DNA of 64,000 nucleotides from an uncultured Rhodospirillaceae bacterium (GCA_964566055.1 CAZMHI010000005.1:35690-99689); one strand, 5' to 3'. Numbered from the stretch's first letter, positions 34,511 through 44,726 are shown. Numbers and translations: made by a program. Notes: generated from the letters alone by a model not told the origin.

Positions 34511-34542
34511 AGGCCGTTGATGGAAATGTCAGCGGCCTTTTT
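34511..34542 (+). terminator. Rho-independent terminator after the glnS/ridA-like unit
   Basis: AGGCCGTTGA (34511-34520) pairs with TCAGCGGCCT (34529-34538) over all 10 positions, one of them G-U. The loop is 8 nt and TTTT follows. Confidence 0.8.
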
Positions 34543-34606
34543 ACTTTGTGCGATCTGAAAACGTCTGATTAAATCCAACGAAATCAATTCAGTATCAAAA
34601 AATTCA

Positions 34607-34637
34607 AAATAATAGTTGGAATATCAAACTATTATTT
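34607..34637. promoter_or_regulatory. Perfect 11-bp inverted repeat (candidate operator) upstream of the Rieske oxygenase gene
   Basis: AAATAATAGTT (34607-34617), a 9-bp spacer and AACTATTATTT (34627-34637). The repeat ends 30 nt before the ATG at 34668, inside an AT-rich intergenic region. Confidence 0.5.
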
Positions 34638-34667
34638 GTATGGTTATTGGAATAATAATAAGACTTA

Positions 34668-36017
34668 ATGCAATGGGAAGATGTTGAGGAGAAAATTGGA
34701 AAAGTGAAGCAGGATAGAAATCAATTACTGACTGAAACCGGCCCCGGTCAGCCGACAGGCAAGGTGTTACGTGAGTACTGGATGCCTGCCGCCCTCAGTG
34801 ACGAATTAGCCGGCAACCGCCCCATGGTGCCGGTCCGGTTGCTGGGGGAAGATTTGGTGCTTTTCCGCAATGATAAGGGCGAGTTGGGCTTGCTCGACCG
34901 AGCTTGCCCGCATCGGGGTATTGATCTCTGTTATGGGCGGCTTGAGGATGGCGGTTTACGCTGCCCTTTTCACGGCTGGCATTTCGCCACTGATGGCCAG
35001 TGTCTCGAGCAGCCGGGCGAACCGGAAGGCTCCACTCTTCATGAGCAGATTAAAACCACGGCTTATCCAGTGATCGAGAGGAACGGTATTATTTTTGCCT
35101 ATATGGGCAATGGCGAGACACCGGCCTTGCCGGAACTGGATTGCTTCCGCGCTCCAGATAGTCATGTTTTTGCCTTCAAAGGGCTATGGCAATGTAATTG
35201 GCTGCAAGCCTTGGAGGTTGGAATAGATCCGGCTCATGCGTCTTTCTTGCATCGCTTTTTTAAAGACGAGAATCCAGACGATCAATACGGCAAACAATTC
35301 CGGGATACTGCCGCGGACACAGACATCCCCATCACCCAAGTGCTGCGCGATTATCACCGCCCGGAAATAATTACCGAAGCGACCGAATACGGCATTCGCA
35401 TTAAAACGCTGAGGCATTTAGACAACGGCAAAACCCATGTACGAGTGACCAATCAGGTTTTCCCCTGCGCCGTCACCATTCCGATGTCGAATAGTATGAA
35501 CATCACGCAATGGCATGTGCCCATCGATGATGAGAATTGTTACTGGTATGCCATGTTCACGAGTTTTACCGAGCCGGTAGATAAAGACAAAATGCGCGAG
35601 CAACGTTTGGCCGAACATACGCTTCCGGACTATGCGCCAATAAGAAACAAGAGCAATCAATACGGCTATGACCCGGAAGAACAAAACTCGCTGACCTATA
35701 CCGGCATGGGGATGGATATAAACGTTCATGACCAATGGGCTTGTGAATCCATGGGCGCCATTCAGGACCGCACCAAAGAGCATCTCGGCACCACGGATAA
35801 AGCGATCTCAGCCTACCGGCGTTTGCTACTGCAAACCATCAGCCAGATCGAGAACGATGAAACAGAATTAATCGGCGTTGTCTCGGCAGATACGGCCAGT
35901 ACGATCAAAGGTCCGATTGCTCTCGATGCCGTTGGCGATAGTGCAGATTGGGAGAATATTTGGCTCAAAGGCGATGCAGAGCGCCGGGCAAATTGTCCGT
36001 GGGACGCATCTTTATAA
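34668..36017 (+). CDS. Rieske [2Fe-2S] non-haem-iron oxygenase, alpha-subunit type
   Basis: 449 aa with the Rieske motif CPHRGIDLCYG...LRCPFHGWHF, followed by a catalytic-domain-like region (DPAHASFLH). The start codon is uncertain; a GTG about 40 nt downstream is also possible. Confidence 0.8.
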   Translation: MQWEDVEEKIGKVKQDRNQLLTETGPGQPTGKVLREYWMPAALSDELAGNRPMVPVRLLGEDLVLFRNDKGELGLLDRACPHRGIDLCYGRLEDGGLRCPFHGWHFATDGQCLEQPGEPEGSTLHEQIKTTAYPVIERNGIIFAYMGNGETPALPELDCFRAPDSHVFAFKGLWQCNWLQALEVGIDPAHASFLHRFFKDENPDDQYGKQFRDTAADTDIPITQVLRDYHRPEIITEATEYGIRIKTLRHLDNGKTHVRVTNQVFPCAVTIPMSNSMNITQWHVPIDDENCYWYAMFTSFTEPVDKDKMREQRLAEHTLPDYAPIRNKSNQYGYDPEEQNSLTYTGMGMDINVHDQWACESMGAIQDRTKEHLGTTDKAISAYRRLLLQTISQIENDETELIGVVSADTASTIKGPIALDAVGDSADWENIWLKGDAERRANCPWDASL

Positions 36018-36070
36018 CCAGCTAAAAAAAATATAATCAATAATCAAAGTCAGGGAAACGAGCAATTATT

Positions 36071-37531
36071 ATGAACGAACGGCAAAGCGGTATTGGCCGC
36101 ACAGATTTTATTGAGCGCTGTGGTTTGGCATTGGATGAAACCGAAATCAAACGTATTCACGAGCAAATTAAAGAGCACGATATTGAAGTTGTGCGGCTAA
36201 GTTTTGCCGACCAGCACGGTATATTGCGCGGCAAAACTCTCGTTGCCGAGGCTATTCCTACCGCAATGGTGAATGGCTGCACAATGACAACCACCCTGAT
36301 TGCCAAAGATACATCACACAAAACTCAGTTTCCGGTATTTACCCCTGGTGGCGGCTTTGGCATACCGGAAATGAGCGGGGCCGGTGATATAATCATGGTT
36401 CCCGACCCGAGCACATTTCATGTCCTGCCTTGGGCGCATAAAACCGGTTGGATGCTGTGTGACATTTATTTTCCAAGCGGCAAACAGATACCGTTCTCTA
36501 CCCGCCAAATTTACCGGGATGCACTTGCTGGATTGGCGGAGCAAGGGTTTGATTTTATCACCGGACTTGAAGTTGAATTCCATGTTTTTAAACTCGAAGA
36601 CCCCAAGCTCGCGCCGGAAAACGCGACACAACCTGCCGATCCACCGGAAGTCAGTTTGATTAATCGTGGATTTCAGTATCTCACTGAGCAACGAATGGAC
36701 GAACAAGAACCGGTATGGGAAATTCTGCGGCGTGATCTCGAAGCGCTCAATTTACCTATACGTACTCTTGAAGTGGAATTTGGTCCCAGCCAGTTTGAAA
36801 TCTCCTTCGGCACGGGCACCGGATTGGAACCCGCTGACAACATGATGTTGTTTAGAAGTGCTGTAAAACAAATCTGCCGCCGCAATGGCTATCACGCCAC
36901 CTTTATGTGCCGTCCTGCCCTGCCTAATATATTTTCGAGCGGTTGGCATCTGCATCAATCTCTGGTGGATCGCAAAAGCGGCGTCAATGTATTTGTATCC
37001 GATTCCGAACAAGATGTGGTCTCACCGATTGCCGCAAATTACGCCGCTGGCATTCTTGAACATGCCCGCGGCGCTTCAGTGTTCACCACCCCGACCATTA
37101 ATGGCTATAAGCGTTATCAGCCATTTACGCTGGCACCGGACCGAGTGGTGTGGGGAAAAGACAACAAAGGCGCGATGCTTCGCATCGTTGGCGGCAATGG
37201 AGATCCAATGACCCATTTTGAAAACCGGGTTGGAGAACCGGCGGCAAATCCGTATCTCTATATGACATCGCAGCTTTTATCCGGCATGGATGGCGTCAAA
37301 AGAAAACTGACACCTCCGGAAATGTCCGACGCCGCATATGAAACTGAAGCGCCATCTTTACCACGCAGTTTATTGGATGCCTTGTTTGCGCTTCGTGACG
37401 ACACTTTTTTCCGTGCATCACTCGGTGATCAGTTTATCGATTATATCCTGCACATCAAGGAAGCCGAGATTACCCGCTTCCTCTCCACCGTCACTGACTG
37501 GGAGCACAAAGAATATTTCGAAATTTTCTAA
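36071..37531 (+). CDS. Glutamine-synthetase-family protein (gamma-glutamyl-amine ligase-like)
   Basis: 486 aa. GS-type blocks are GLEVEFHVFK, EVEFGPSQFEISF, ATFMCRP...SSGWHLHQSL and ENRVGEPAANPYL. Confidence 0.8.
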   Translation: MNERQSGIGRTDFIERCGLALDETEIKRIHEQIKEHDIEVVRLSFADQHGILRGKTLVAEAIPTAMVNGCTMTTTLIAKDTSHKTQFPVFTPGGGFGIPEMSGAGDIIMVPDPSTFHVLPWAHKTGWMLCDIYFPSGKQIPFSTRQIYRDALAGLAEQGFDFITGLEVEFHVFKLEDPKLAPENATQPADPPEVSLINRGFQYLTEQRMDEQEPVWEILRRDLEALNLPIRTLEVEFGPSQFEISFGTGTGLEPADNMMLFRSAVKQICRRNGYHATFMCRPALPNIFSSGWHLHQSLVDRKSGVNVFVSDSEQDVVSPIAANYAAGILEHARGASVFTTPTINGYKRYQPFTLAPDRVVWGKDNKGAMLRIVGGNGDPMTHFENRVGEPAANPYLYMTSQLLSGMDGVKRKLTPPEMSDAAYETEAPSLPRSLLDALFALRDDTFFRASLGDQFIDYILHIKEAEITRFLSTVTDWEHKEYFEIF

Positions 37532-39900
37532 GGTATTTGCTTTGGTGCCAGCAACCTACCGCCGCCAAAGTGATGAAAAGCGAGATAAAGTCCGGCGACG
37601 ACCAGCGCTGAATTGGCGATGAAGGGCAGTTTTAGTAAAATCAACAGCGCTAATACGAAGCGTATCGCTATATCATATTTTGAAAGACGAAACTTATCTT
37701 GTCGGCTCAAAGCACTGGCGACCAGATAAAGCACCACAATCAACTTAAACAACAGCCAACTTAGCGCCCCCATATGGATCGTACCGTCGTAACCTGGCAG
37801 ATATTCCTTTTTATCACTTATGCCACCCTCCAGAGACTGCATAATTTGCGCCTGTTCGATCAACAGTAATTCCGGATAGAAGGCAAAGACAAACGGGATG
37901 GTAAACATCACGATACCGGCGCGAACGGCAGCAAAACCGGTCGCTAGAGGTTCGGCCTTGGATATGGTTGACGCCGCAAATGCGGCGATTGCCACGGGCG
38001 GCGTTATCGCCGAGGCCACTGCAAAATAAAATACGAACATGTGAGCGGTGAAAAAGGACGTACCGAGGGCCGCCAATAAGGGACCGATAATCAAAATAAC
38101 GTTCACATAGGCCGGTAGAGTCGGCATACCCATGCCTAAAAGAATTGTCGCCAGCATCGCCACGAATAAGGCCAACATCAGATAGAGGGCACCACCCAGA
38201 ACAAACTCATTGCCGAATAACGTAAAGGTTGAGACCGATTTGAGCCAATTTAAGACATCAATGGTCAAGATACCGGTGAAGTTGGTGAAGCTAATGCAGA
38301 CGTCAATCACACCCACTGCCACTAATAGCAGGAACAATTCAGCAATGATAATACCGGCGTCAGATAAAGCAGTTATGATTTTTCGCGGCGCTTTTCTTAT
38401 TTCCGGATCAAGAAACAACAAGAGAACCAAAATAACCACAGCCCAGAAACCAGCTGAGTCAGGATCACCTGCGGCATTTTGATATACTTGAAGTATCCAC
38501 GGTAACGGCTCGCCAGAGGCAGCATCATAACCAAAAAGAAAAGCTGAGAACCCAGTACCGACAGAATCTTTGGTGCTGAGCAGCAGGATTAATATCATTA
38601 AAATTGGCCCGGCAATCATGATAAGATTCTTACTATCTTCCCGGGTCAATTTCTGCTCTTCAGACAGTTCGCGAACCGCTTCAATTTTCATCCTGCGTGA
38701 TTCAAAAACAACCATCAAAAATAGGCTGAAGAAATAGGCAAGCGCCGGAATAAAAGCCGCCACAATAACATCTGAATAGGGCACGGTTGAAAGCGCCGCC
38801 AAGACGAAGGCAGCGATGCCCATAACCGGCGGCATAATCTGTCCACCGCTTGATGCCGCGGCCTCCACACCTCCGGCAAAAGTCGGTCTAAAGCCATTTT
38901 TTATCATCATCGGGATGGTCAGCGTGCCGGTGCCTAAAACATTCACAACCGGGCCGCCCGATATCGTGCCAAATGTCGCCGAGCCGACAATCGCCGCATG
39001 GGCCGGTCCACCGCGCAATTTGCGGGTAATGACCACTGCCATTTTAATCAGCGAACGCCCACCCGCTGACGCCCCGAACAAGGAGCCCAACACGACGTAA
39101 GGAAAGACAACATTGACCGTAATGTTCAAAAATTGTCCGAGGATGCCGTTAGATTCCAAGATGACTGCATTGCGGGCGCCTACCACGGCCATTGAATAGT
39201 TGCGCACACCATCGACCACGGTGCCGACGGAAGTCGTTAGATACTTGTTGTCCGTCCAATCAAAATACCAAGCAGTTGCGGAGACGACTGTGTAAATAGC
39301 GATAATGATGGCAACGGCAACAATCGGGAAGCCCCAAACTTTGATGATATAGACAAAAAACACACCAACCGCCAAAACCAGAAACGGCAAGATCAAATTA
39401 CCAGAGTTGGTTATACAATCAGGAAAATCTTCGTCCGGCGGCGTGCCGAAAATGGCTTCATATTCGGCTGCCCGCGCCAAATTTTCCGCCATCGCCCTGG
39501 CTCGATCCCCATTGAGCGTATCAATCAGACAAAGTTGCTCATTTTCGATCATGTAAACGATAGCCATTCCGATGATCATCACCAGCATTAGAATATCGAA
39601 AGCAATGCCGAAATAGTATTTTGCCCGAGCTTCATTTCGCCAATCGTTGGCAAAAGAAGAAGTCAGCAAGGCGATCACCATCATGAAAGCAAATGCCAGC
39701 GGGAAAAAGAATTCCGAATTGTATTTGCTGAGACGGGGCAGTTCTGCCAGGCCGGGGATCGAGCGTACAGCCTCCAGCAAGCCGGGAATATTGGGCAGGT
39801 TGTTTGCCATGCCCATGAGAACAAGTATAAAGGCGAGCCCCAACGCTAGGCGACGCATCCATCCTTCGTGTTCTTGTTCTTGAATCGGAATTTCTGACAT
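37528..39900 (-). CDS. TRAP transporter fused permease (TAXI-type DctQM fusion)
   Basis: 790 aa and highly hydrophobic with many predicted TM helices. It lies directly downstream of a TAXI-type solute receptor gene. Its stop overlaps the convergent GS-like stop (CTAA). Confidence 0.8.
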   Translation of the reverse strand: MSEIPIQEQEHEGWMRRLALGLAFILVLMGMANNLPNIPGLLEAVRSIPGLAELPRLSKYNSEFFFPLAFAFMMVIALLTSSFANDWRNEARAKYYFGIAFDILMLVMIIGMAIVYMIENEQLCLIDTLNGDRARAMAENLARAAEYEAIFGTPPDEDFPDCITNSGNLILPFLVLAVGVFFVYIIKVWGFPIVAVAIIIAIYTVVSATAWYFDWTDNKYLTTSVGTVVDGVRNYSMAVVGARNAVILESNGILGQFLNITVNVVFPYVVLGSLFGASAGGRSLIKMAVVITRKLRGGPAHAAIVGSATFGTISGGPVVNVLGTGTLTIPMMIKNGFRPTFAGGVEAAASSGGQIMPPVMGIAAFVLAALSTVPYSDVIVAAFIPALAYFFSLFLMVVFESRRMKIEAVRELSEEQKLTREDSKNLIMIAGPILMILILLLSTKDSVGTGFSAFLFGYDAASGEPLPWILQVYQNAAGDPDSAGFWAVVILVLLLFLDPEIRKAPRKIITALSDAGIIIAELFLLLVAVGVIDVCISFTNFTGILTIDVLNWLKSVSTFTLFGNEFVLGGALYLMLALFVAMLATILLGMGMPTLPAYVNVILIIGPLLAALGTSFFTAHMFVFYFAVASAITPPVAIAAFAASTISKAEPLATGFAAVRAGIVMFTIPFVFAFYPELLLIEQAQIMQSLEGGISDKKEYLPGYDGTIHMGALSWLLFKLIVVLYLVASALSRQDKFRLSKYDIAIRFVLALLILLKLPFIANSALVVAGLYLAFHHFGGGRLLAPKQIP

Positions 39901-40050
39901 GGCCGGAGCGATCTCTTTTTTCCTAGCTGAATTTCGGGGATACTATATTTTTAAATTTTCTTTTCCCAATAGACAACTCGATAGTCAAAAGAGCCGGAGA
40001 GGCTTAAGCTCTCTCCAGCTCCTTTCACAAATATCTATGTAAACGCTGTA

Positions 40051-41097
40051 CTATGGCTTAGCGCAGGCAACAATCTTGTGTCCTGCTGCTTCCCAAGCCT
40101 CGACAGCACCCGGATGAAATTTGATCCCGGCTTTACAATACTTAAAGTTCTTATCTGCTACGTTACCGAATTGTGACGTCCGCGTGAAAGCCGTCTTTCT
40201 GTAGAGATCAGAGATATTTTTTATGAAAGCCGTGGTCAAAGCTCTGGCCAGTTTTTTATCCATATTTTTATTGACCATGGTGCCACCGGCATTTGAGACC
40301 GTCCGGAACATGTTGTCGTCTGAGATTATGCGAACTTTAGAGCCGTAATGGGCAAGATCTTTAACCGGAAAAACAGTCGGAACATTGCCAGGTGCATTGG
40401 TATATTTTGTCCAAGCCTTGCCCTCAAATAATTTCTTAGGCACCGAAACCATATTGAGTTTACCGGCGGCCATAAAAATCGGCATCCAGGAGGCCGGATT
40501 TGTGGCGGGACGCACAACGGCGTCTACAGAACCATCCAGGAATATAGAATTGGCTTGACCCCAGGCAATCTGTTTACCGGTGTAACCTTTACCTTCTGCC
40601 AGACCACCGGAACTTAGACGGATAACATTCCGGGCCGTAACCAGGGCGCCACCACGTGGCGGGCCATTGTGAACTCTTTTCCCTTTAAGTTTGGCATAGC
40701 TGTCAATGCCTGAGCTTTGGAAAGCGACCAAAACAAAGTGAGCGAGATGGAATGGGGCAAGCAATTGCAAATTAGCTGCCAATACTTTGCCTTTTTCCTT
40801 TCCAAGGCCGGAATACGGTCCCAAGCCACGTGACATCAGGAAATTTAGAATGAAGGCGCTGGCGGTAATGTCGGTTTTACCTTGAGCGACCTGGACCATA
40901 GTTTTGGTTAAAACCTGCCCGGCCTGAACCTGAATGGTGGCAATTTTTGCGGCGGCGGCAACTTCTGCAAGGTACTTTGCCGAAACATCGGTGGCGCCAC
41001 CCGGTTGAGCGGCAGCACTGGTTAATTTGACGCCTTGAGCCTGAGCGGTGCTTGCAAGCATAAAGGCTGCTGCACCGGCTAATAGAATTCGTTTCAT
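40051..41097 (-). CDS. TAXI-family TRAP transporter solute-binding protein
   Basis: 348 aa with a signal peptide (MKRILLAGAAAFMLASTAQA). It has the size and position of a periplasmic binding protein upstream of the fused permease. The family call rests on context and overall resemblance only. Confidence 0.7.
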   Translation of the reverse strand: MKRILLAGAAAFMLASTAQAQGVKLTSAAAQPGGATDVSAKYLAEVAAAAKIATIQVQAGQVLTKTMVQVAQGKTDITASAFILNFLMSRGLGPYSGLGKEKGKVLAANLQLLAPFHLAHFVLVAFQSSGIDSYAKLKGKRVHNGPPRGGALVTARNVIRLSSGGLAEGKGYTGKQIAWGQANSIFLDGSVDAVVRPATNPASWMPIFMAAGKLNMVSVPKKLFEGKAWTKYTNAPGNVPTVFPVKDLAHYGSKVRIISDDNMFRTVSNAGGTMVNKNMDKKLARALTTAFIKNISDLYRKTAFTRTSQFGNVADKNFKYCKAGIKFHPGAVEAWEAAGHKIVACAKP

Positions 41098-41276
41098 GAA
41101 ATTTTCCTTCCTGTTTACATTTGTAATTACTTACACGTAATTTATTTTGCCTACCTCAAAATCCTAGCATATGGGATTTTGGAAGTCATGAAAGAAATTA
41201 GCCATCATCCAAACTATTTGATCATTTTTCACCTTGCCCGGGGGTCAGACTTCTATTTTTGATCCAAAATTCCACA

Positions 41277-42368
41277 TCACGAAAATTCAGGGAAAAGTTT
41301 CTTCAAACCCCCGGCACTGGCTTCGCTGACACCGCGTTCGGTTATCAGGCCGGTGACCAACCGCCGGGGCGTTACATCAAAGGCATAATTGGCAGCCGGA
41401 GAGTCATCGGGCGTGATTTGCACCTCTGAAACTGCACCGGACGCGTCTTTGCCTAGCATCACCGTAACTTCGGTGGCATCGCGCTCCTCAATTGGGATAT
41501 CGCGCACACCGTCCTCGACCGTCCAGTCGATGGTTGGTGACGGCAGGCCGACATAAAACGGCACATCGTTGTCATGCGCCGCTAGGGCTTTGAGATAAGT
41601 GCCGATCTTATTGCAAACATCGCCGGTATAGGTGGTCCGGTCGGTACCGGTGATCACCAGATCCACCTGATCGTGCTGCATCAGATGACCTCCGACGTTA
41701 TCAACGACAACGGTGTGAGGCACGCCGTGCTGCCCCAGTTCCCAGGCGGTCAGGCTGGCTCCTTGATTGCGGGGCCGGGTTTCATCGGCCCAGACATGCA
41801 CATCGATACCGGCATTAAAGGCTTTATAGATGGGGGCCAAAGCCGTACCCCAGTCGACTGTCGCCAGCCAGCCCGCATTGCAATGGGTTAAAATATTGAC
41901 CGTCGCACCATTTTTCTTTGCTGATATTTCTTTGATGATGGCCGCCCCATGCTCACCAATGTTGGAGCAAATCTCGACATCTTCATCGCAAATTTCGGCG
42001 GCGCGTTTGTAGGCGGCAGCTTCCCGCTCACCTTCCGGCAATGGGCTCAGCAGCGCCTTCATATCATCCAAGGCCCAGCGCAGATTAACCGCCGTCGGAC
42101 GGGTTGCGAATAGATGATCATACATGGCGGTGAGATTGGCATCAGAGGCATTTTCCCGCATTGCTAAAGCAACACCGTAAGCTGCCGTCGCGCCGATCAG
42201 CGGAGCACCCCGTACCCACATGTCTTTAATTGCCACCGCAGCATCCTGCATGGTTTCAAGACGCACGGTAACAAACTCGTGCGGCAATTTGGTTTGATCG
42301 ATAATCTCCGCGGCCCAGCCATCATCAGCCAGCCAGATCGTGCGGTAAGGCGCGCCGTTAACTTTCAT
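41277..42368 (-). CDS. mtnA: S-methyl-5-thioribose-1-phosphate isomerase
   Basis: 363 aa. Motifs are YRTIW...[31 protein letters not shown] and GADRT-like TGTDRT. Confidence 0.9.
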   Translation of the reverse strand: MKVNGAPYRTIWLADDGWAAEIIDQTKLPHEFVTVRLETMQDAAVAIKDMWVRGAPLIGATAAYGVALAMRENASDANLTAMYDHLFATRPTAVNLRWALDDMKALLSPLPEGEREAAAYKRAAEICDEDVEICSNIGEHGAAIIKEISAKKNGATVNILTHCNAGWLATVDWGTALAPIYKAFNAGIDVHVWADETRPRNQGASLTAWELGQHGVPHTVVVDNVGGHLMQHDQVDLVITGTDRTTYTGDVCNKIGTYLKALAAHDNDVPFYVGLPSPTIDWTVEDGVRDIPIEERDATEVTVMLGKDASGAVSEVQITPDDSPAANYAFDVTPRRLVTGLITERGVSEASAGGLKKLFPEFS

Positions 42369-42371
42369 GGT

Positions 42372-43244
42372 TTAAAGCACCCTGCCGGCGACCGCGTCGA
42401 GCTTGGCGCAGACATCCGGGTCGCGAGCTTCCGGTGCGGTGATCAGCGCGTTTTCAAGGGCCGTGTGGCAGCCGTCAGAACATAGCTCAGAGCGGCCTGA
42501 TAATTTTGGCGCAACTTCTTTCACCAGAGAGCGCGCATTATCCGCATTGCCGAGCAAAACTTTGATGATGGCGTCCACCGTTACATGATCATGATCCGGG
42601 TGCCAGCAATCAAAATCGGTGACCATGGCGACCGTGGCGTAGCACATCTCTGCTTCCCGGGCGAGCTTGGCTTCCGGCATATTGGTCATGCCGATGACAT
42701 CACACCCCCAGGATTTGTAGAGATTGGATTCAGCGAGGCTTGAGAATTGCGGCCCTTCCATGGCGAGATAAGTGCCGCCGCGTTGGGTTTTAATACCGAG
42801 CGCCTTGGCACCTTCTTCCAAGGCATCACCCAATCTTGAGCAAACCGGATGACCAAATCCAACATGGGCGACCATACCGGTGCTGAAAAAACTTTTGACC
42901 CGGGCAAAGGTCCGGTCGATGAATTGATCAGCAATCACGAAAGTGCCGGGGTCGAGCTCATCTTTGAACGAACCACAGGCCGATAGGGAAATAATCTCTG
43001 TTACACCGGCGCGTTTGAGGGCATCGATGTTGGCCCGAAAGTTTAACTCTGAAGGCGGGATCTTATGACCGCGGCCATGGCGCGGCAGAAAGATCAATTG
43101 CAAACCGTCCAGCTCGCCGAACAAAAACTCATCGGAGGTTGGACCGAATGGGCTCTCAACTCTTTCCCAGCGCGTATTTGTCAAGCCGTCAATTTCATAA
43201 AGACCACTGCCGCCGATGATGCCGATTACTGGTGTCTCAGACAT
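42372..43244 (-). CDS. mtnP: S-methyl-5'-thioadenosine phosphorylase
   Basis: 290 aa. Motifs are IGIIGGSGLY, FLPRHGRGH and GPQFSS...ESNLYKSWG.DVIGMT. Confidence 0.9.
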   Translation of the reverse strand: MSETPVIGIIGGSGLYEIDGLTNTRWERVESPFGPTSDEFLFGELDGLQLIFLPRHGRGHKIPPSELNFRANIDALKRAGVTEIISLSACGSFKDELDPGTFVIADQFIDRTFARVKSFFSTGMVAHVGFGHPVCSRLGDALEEGAKALGIKTQRGGTYLAMEGPQFSSLAESNLYKSWGCDVIGMTNMPEAKLAREAEMCYATVAMVTDFDCWHPDHDHVTVDAIIKVLLGNADNARSLVKEVAPKLSGRSELCSDGCHTALENALITAPEARDPDVCAKLDAVAGRVL

Positions 43245-43255
43245 ATAAATTCCCC

Positions 43256-43837
43256 CTACTCAGATATAATTTTTACTGTCTCGATAACCACTTGCTTGGC
43301 CGGTACATCCGTTGGGAAAGGACCACCCGGACCCGTCTCCACCCTGGATATCCGGCCAACGATATTCATGCCGTCGATCACCCGGCCAAAGGCCGTGTAG
43401 CCCCAGCCCTGCTGGGTTTTTGATCGGTAATTGAGAAAGCCGTTAAACTTTACATTGATAAAAAACTGGTTGGTTGCCGAATGCGGGTCACCGGTGCGCG
43501 CCATCGCAATAGTACCGCGTTCGTTCGATATGCCCTTATCAGCTTCATTGGGGATCGGTTCCCGGGTCGGCTTTTTATTGTAGCTCGTATCAAAGCCGCC
43601 GCCCTGGATCATGAACGCCTTGATCACGCGGTGAAAAATCATGCCGTCATAATGGCCATCCCGGACATATTGCAAAAAATTAGCCACAGTCTGTGGCGCC
43701 TTCTCAGGCTCCAGCTCAAGGGTAAAATCACCGACATTGGTTTTGAAATGGACTTTTGGTTTACCGGCAGCTTGGAGATTACCGGCAATGGCAAAAGCCG
43801 CGACAAACGGCAACAGCGCCATGATTAGATTTTTCAT
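43256..43837 (-). CDS. ppiA: Periplasmic cyclophilin-type peptidyl-prolyl cis-trans isomerase
   Basis: 193 aa with a signal peptide. Motifs are FHRVIKAFMIQGGGF, GTIAMAR and SATNQFFIN. Confidence 0.88.
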   Translation of the reverse strand: MKNLIMALLPFVAAFAIAGNLQAAGKPKVHFKTNVGDFTLELEPEKAPQTVANFLQYVRDGHYDGMIFHRVIKAFMIQGGGFDTSYNKKPTREPIPNEADKGISNERGTIAMARTGDPHSATNQFFINVKFNGFLNYRSKTQQGWGYTAFGRVIDGMNIVGRISRVETGPGGPFPTDVPAKQVVIETVKIISE

Positions 43838-43848
43838 TTTTGTACTCC

Positions 43849-43892
43849 CAAAAAATAAAGGCGTCCAGATAGCTTAAACTATCTAAACGCCC
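43849..43892 (-). terminator. Rho-independent terminator after the bc1 (petABC) operon
   Basis: On the minus strand GGCGUUUAGAUAG (43879-43891) pairs with CUAUCUGGACGCC (43860-43872). That gives 13 bp including 2 G-U pairs and a 6-nt loop, followed by UUUAUUUUUUG. Confidence 0.8.
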
Positions 43893-43925
43893 TTACTTCA
43901 AATAAATTCTTCGAAATTAGCTGAT

Positions 43926-44726
43926 TTAATGCAGCTTGGCCCAAACCTGCCGTTTCACGGCATAGAGCATCGCGGTAAAGATAATCAGGAACAGCATCAC
44001 TTTAACACCGAGGCGTTTGCGTTCCTCCAACTCGGGCTCAGCAGCCCAGATTAAAAAGGCCGTGACGTCCTTGGACATTTGCTCAACAGTCGCTTTGGTG
44101 CCGTCTTCGTATTCAACGCCTTCATCACTCAACGGTTCGCCCATGGCGATCTGCGCTCCGGGGAAATACGGATTGTAGTTCATACCTTCTGACACTTTGA
44201 AACCCGAGGGAGCCTCCTTATATCCGGTCAATAACGCATGCAAATAATTGGCGCCATTTATCCGCGCTTTGGTTATCAAAGACAGATCGGGCGGTAACGC
44301 ACCTGCATTGGCGGCACGGGCGGCTAGATCATTAGGATAAGGCGAGACTATTTTATCAAAGGCCTTAGCAGGGCGGACAATTAGCTCCCCATCATCATTA
44401 TGGGTTTCGCCGTCTTCATTCGGACCGGCAGCCACTTCAGCTTCGGCAGCGATTTTCTTCACTTCCTCGGCAGAAAGACCCATTTCCACTAAATTGCGAT
44501 AATACAGCAAGCGCACGCTATGACAGGAGGCACAAATTTCGCTGTAGACCTGCCAGCCGCGTTTAAGCTGCTTGCGGTCAAAGAAGCCAAACAGGCCATC
44601 AGTGGACCACTCTTGGGAGGCTGGTTTAGCAACGTCACCAGCAGCCTGAACTGATTTGCTCTTGAGTCCGGTTACGCCAGCACCGAGCACAATTGCGAAA
44701 GCGACAATAAGAATTTTCTTAAACAT
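43926..44726 (-). CDS. petC: Cytochrome c1
   Basis: 266 aa with a signal peptide, the haem motif CASCHS and a C-terminal TM anchor (VKVMLFLIIFTAMLYAV). Confidence 0.9.
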   Translation of the reverse strand: MFKKILIVAFAIVLGAGVTGLKSKSVQAAGDVAKPASQEWSTDGLFGFFDRKQLKRGWQVYSEICASCHSVRLLYYRNLVEMGLSAEEVKKIAAEAEVAAGPNEDGETHNDDGELIVRPAKAFDKIVSPYPNDLAARAANAGALPPDLSLITKARINGANYLHALLTGYKEAPSGFKVSEGMNYNPYFPGAQIAMGEPLSDEGVEYEDGTKATVEQMSKDVTAFLIWAAEPELEERKRLGVKVMLFLIIFTAMLYAVKRQVWAKLH

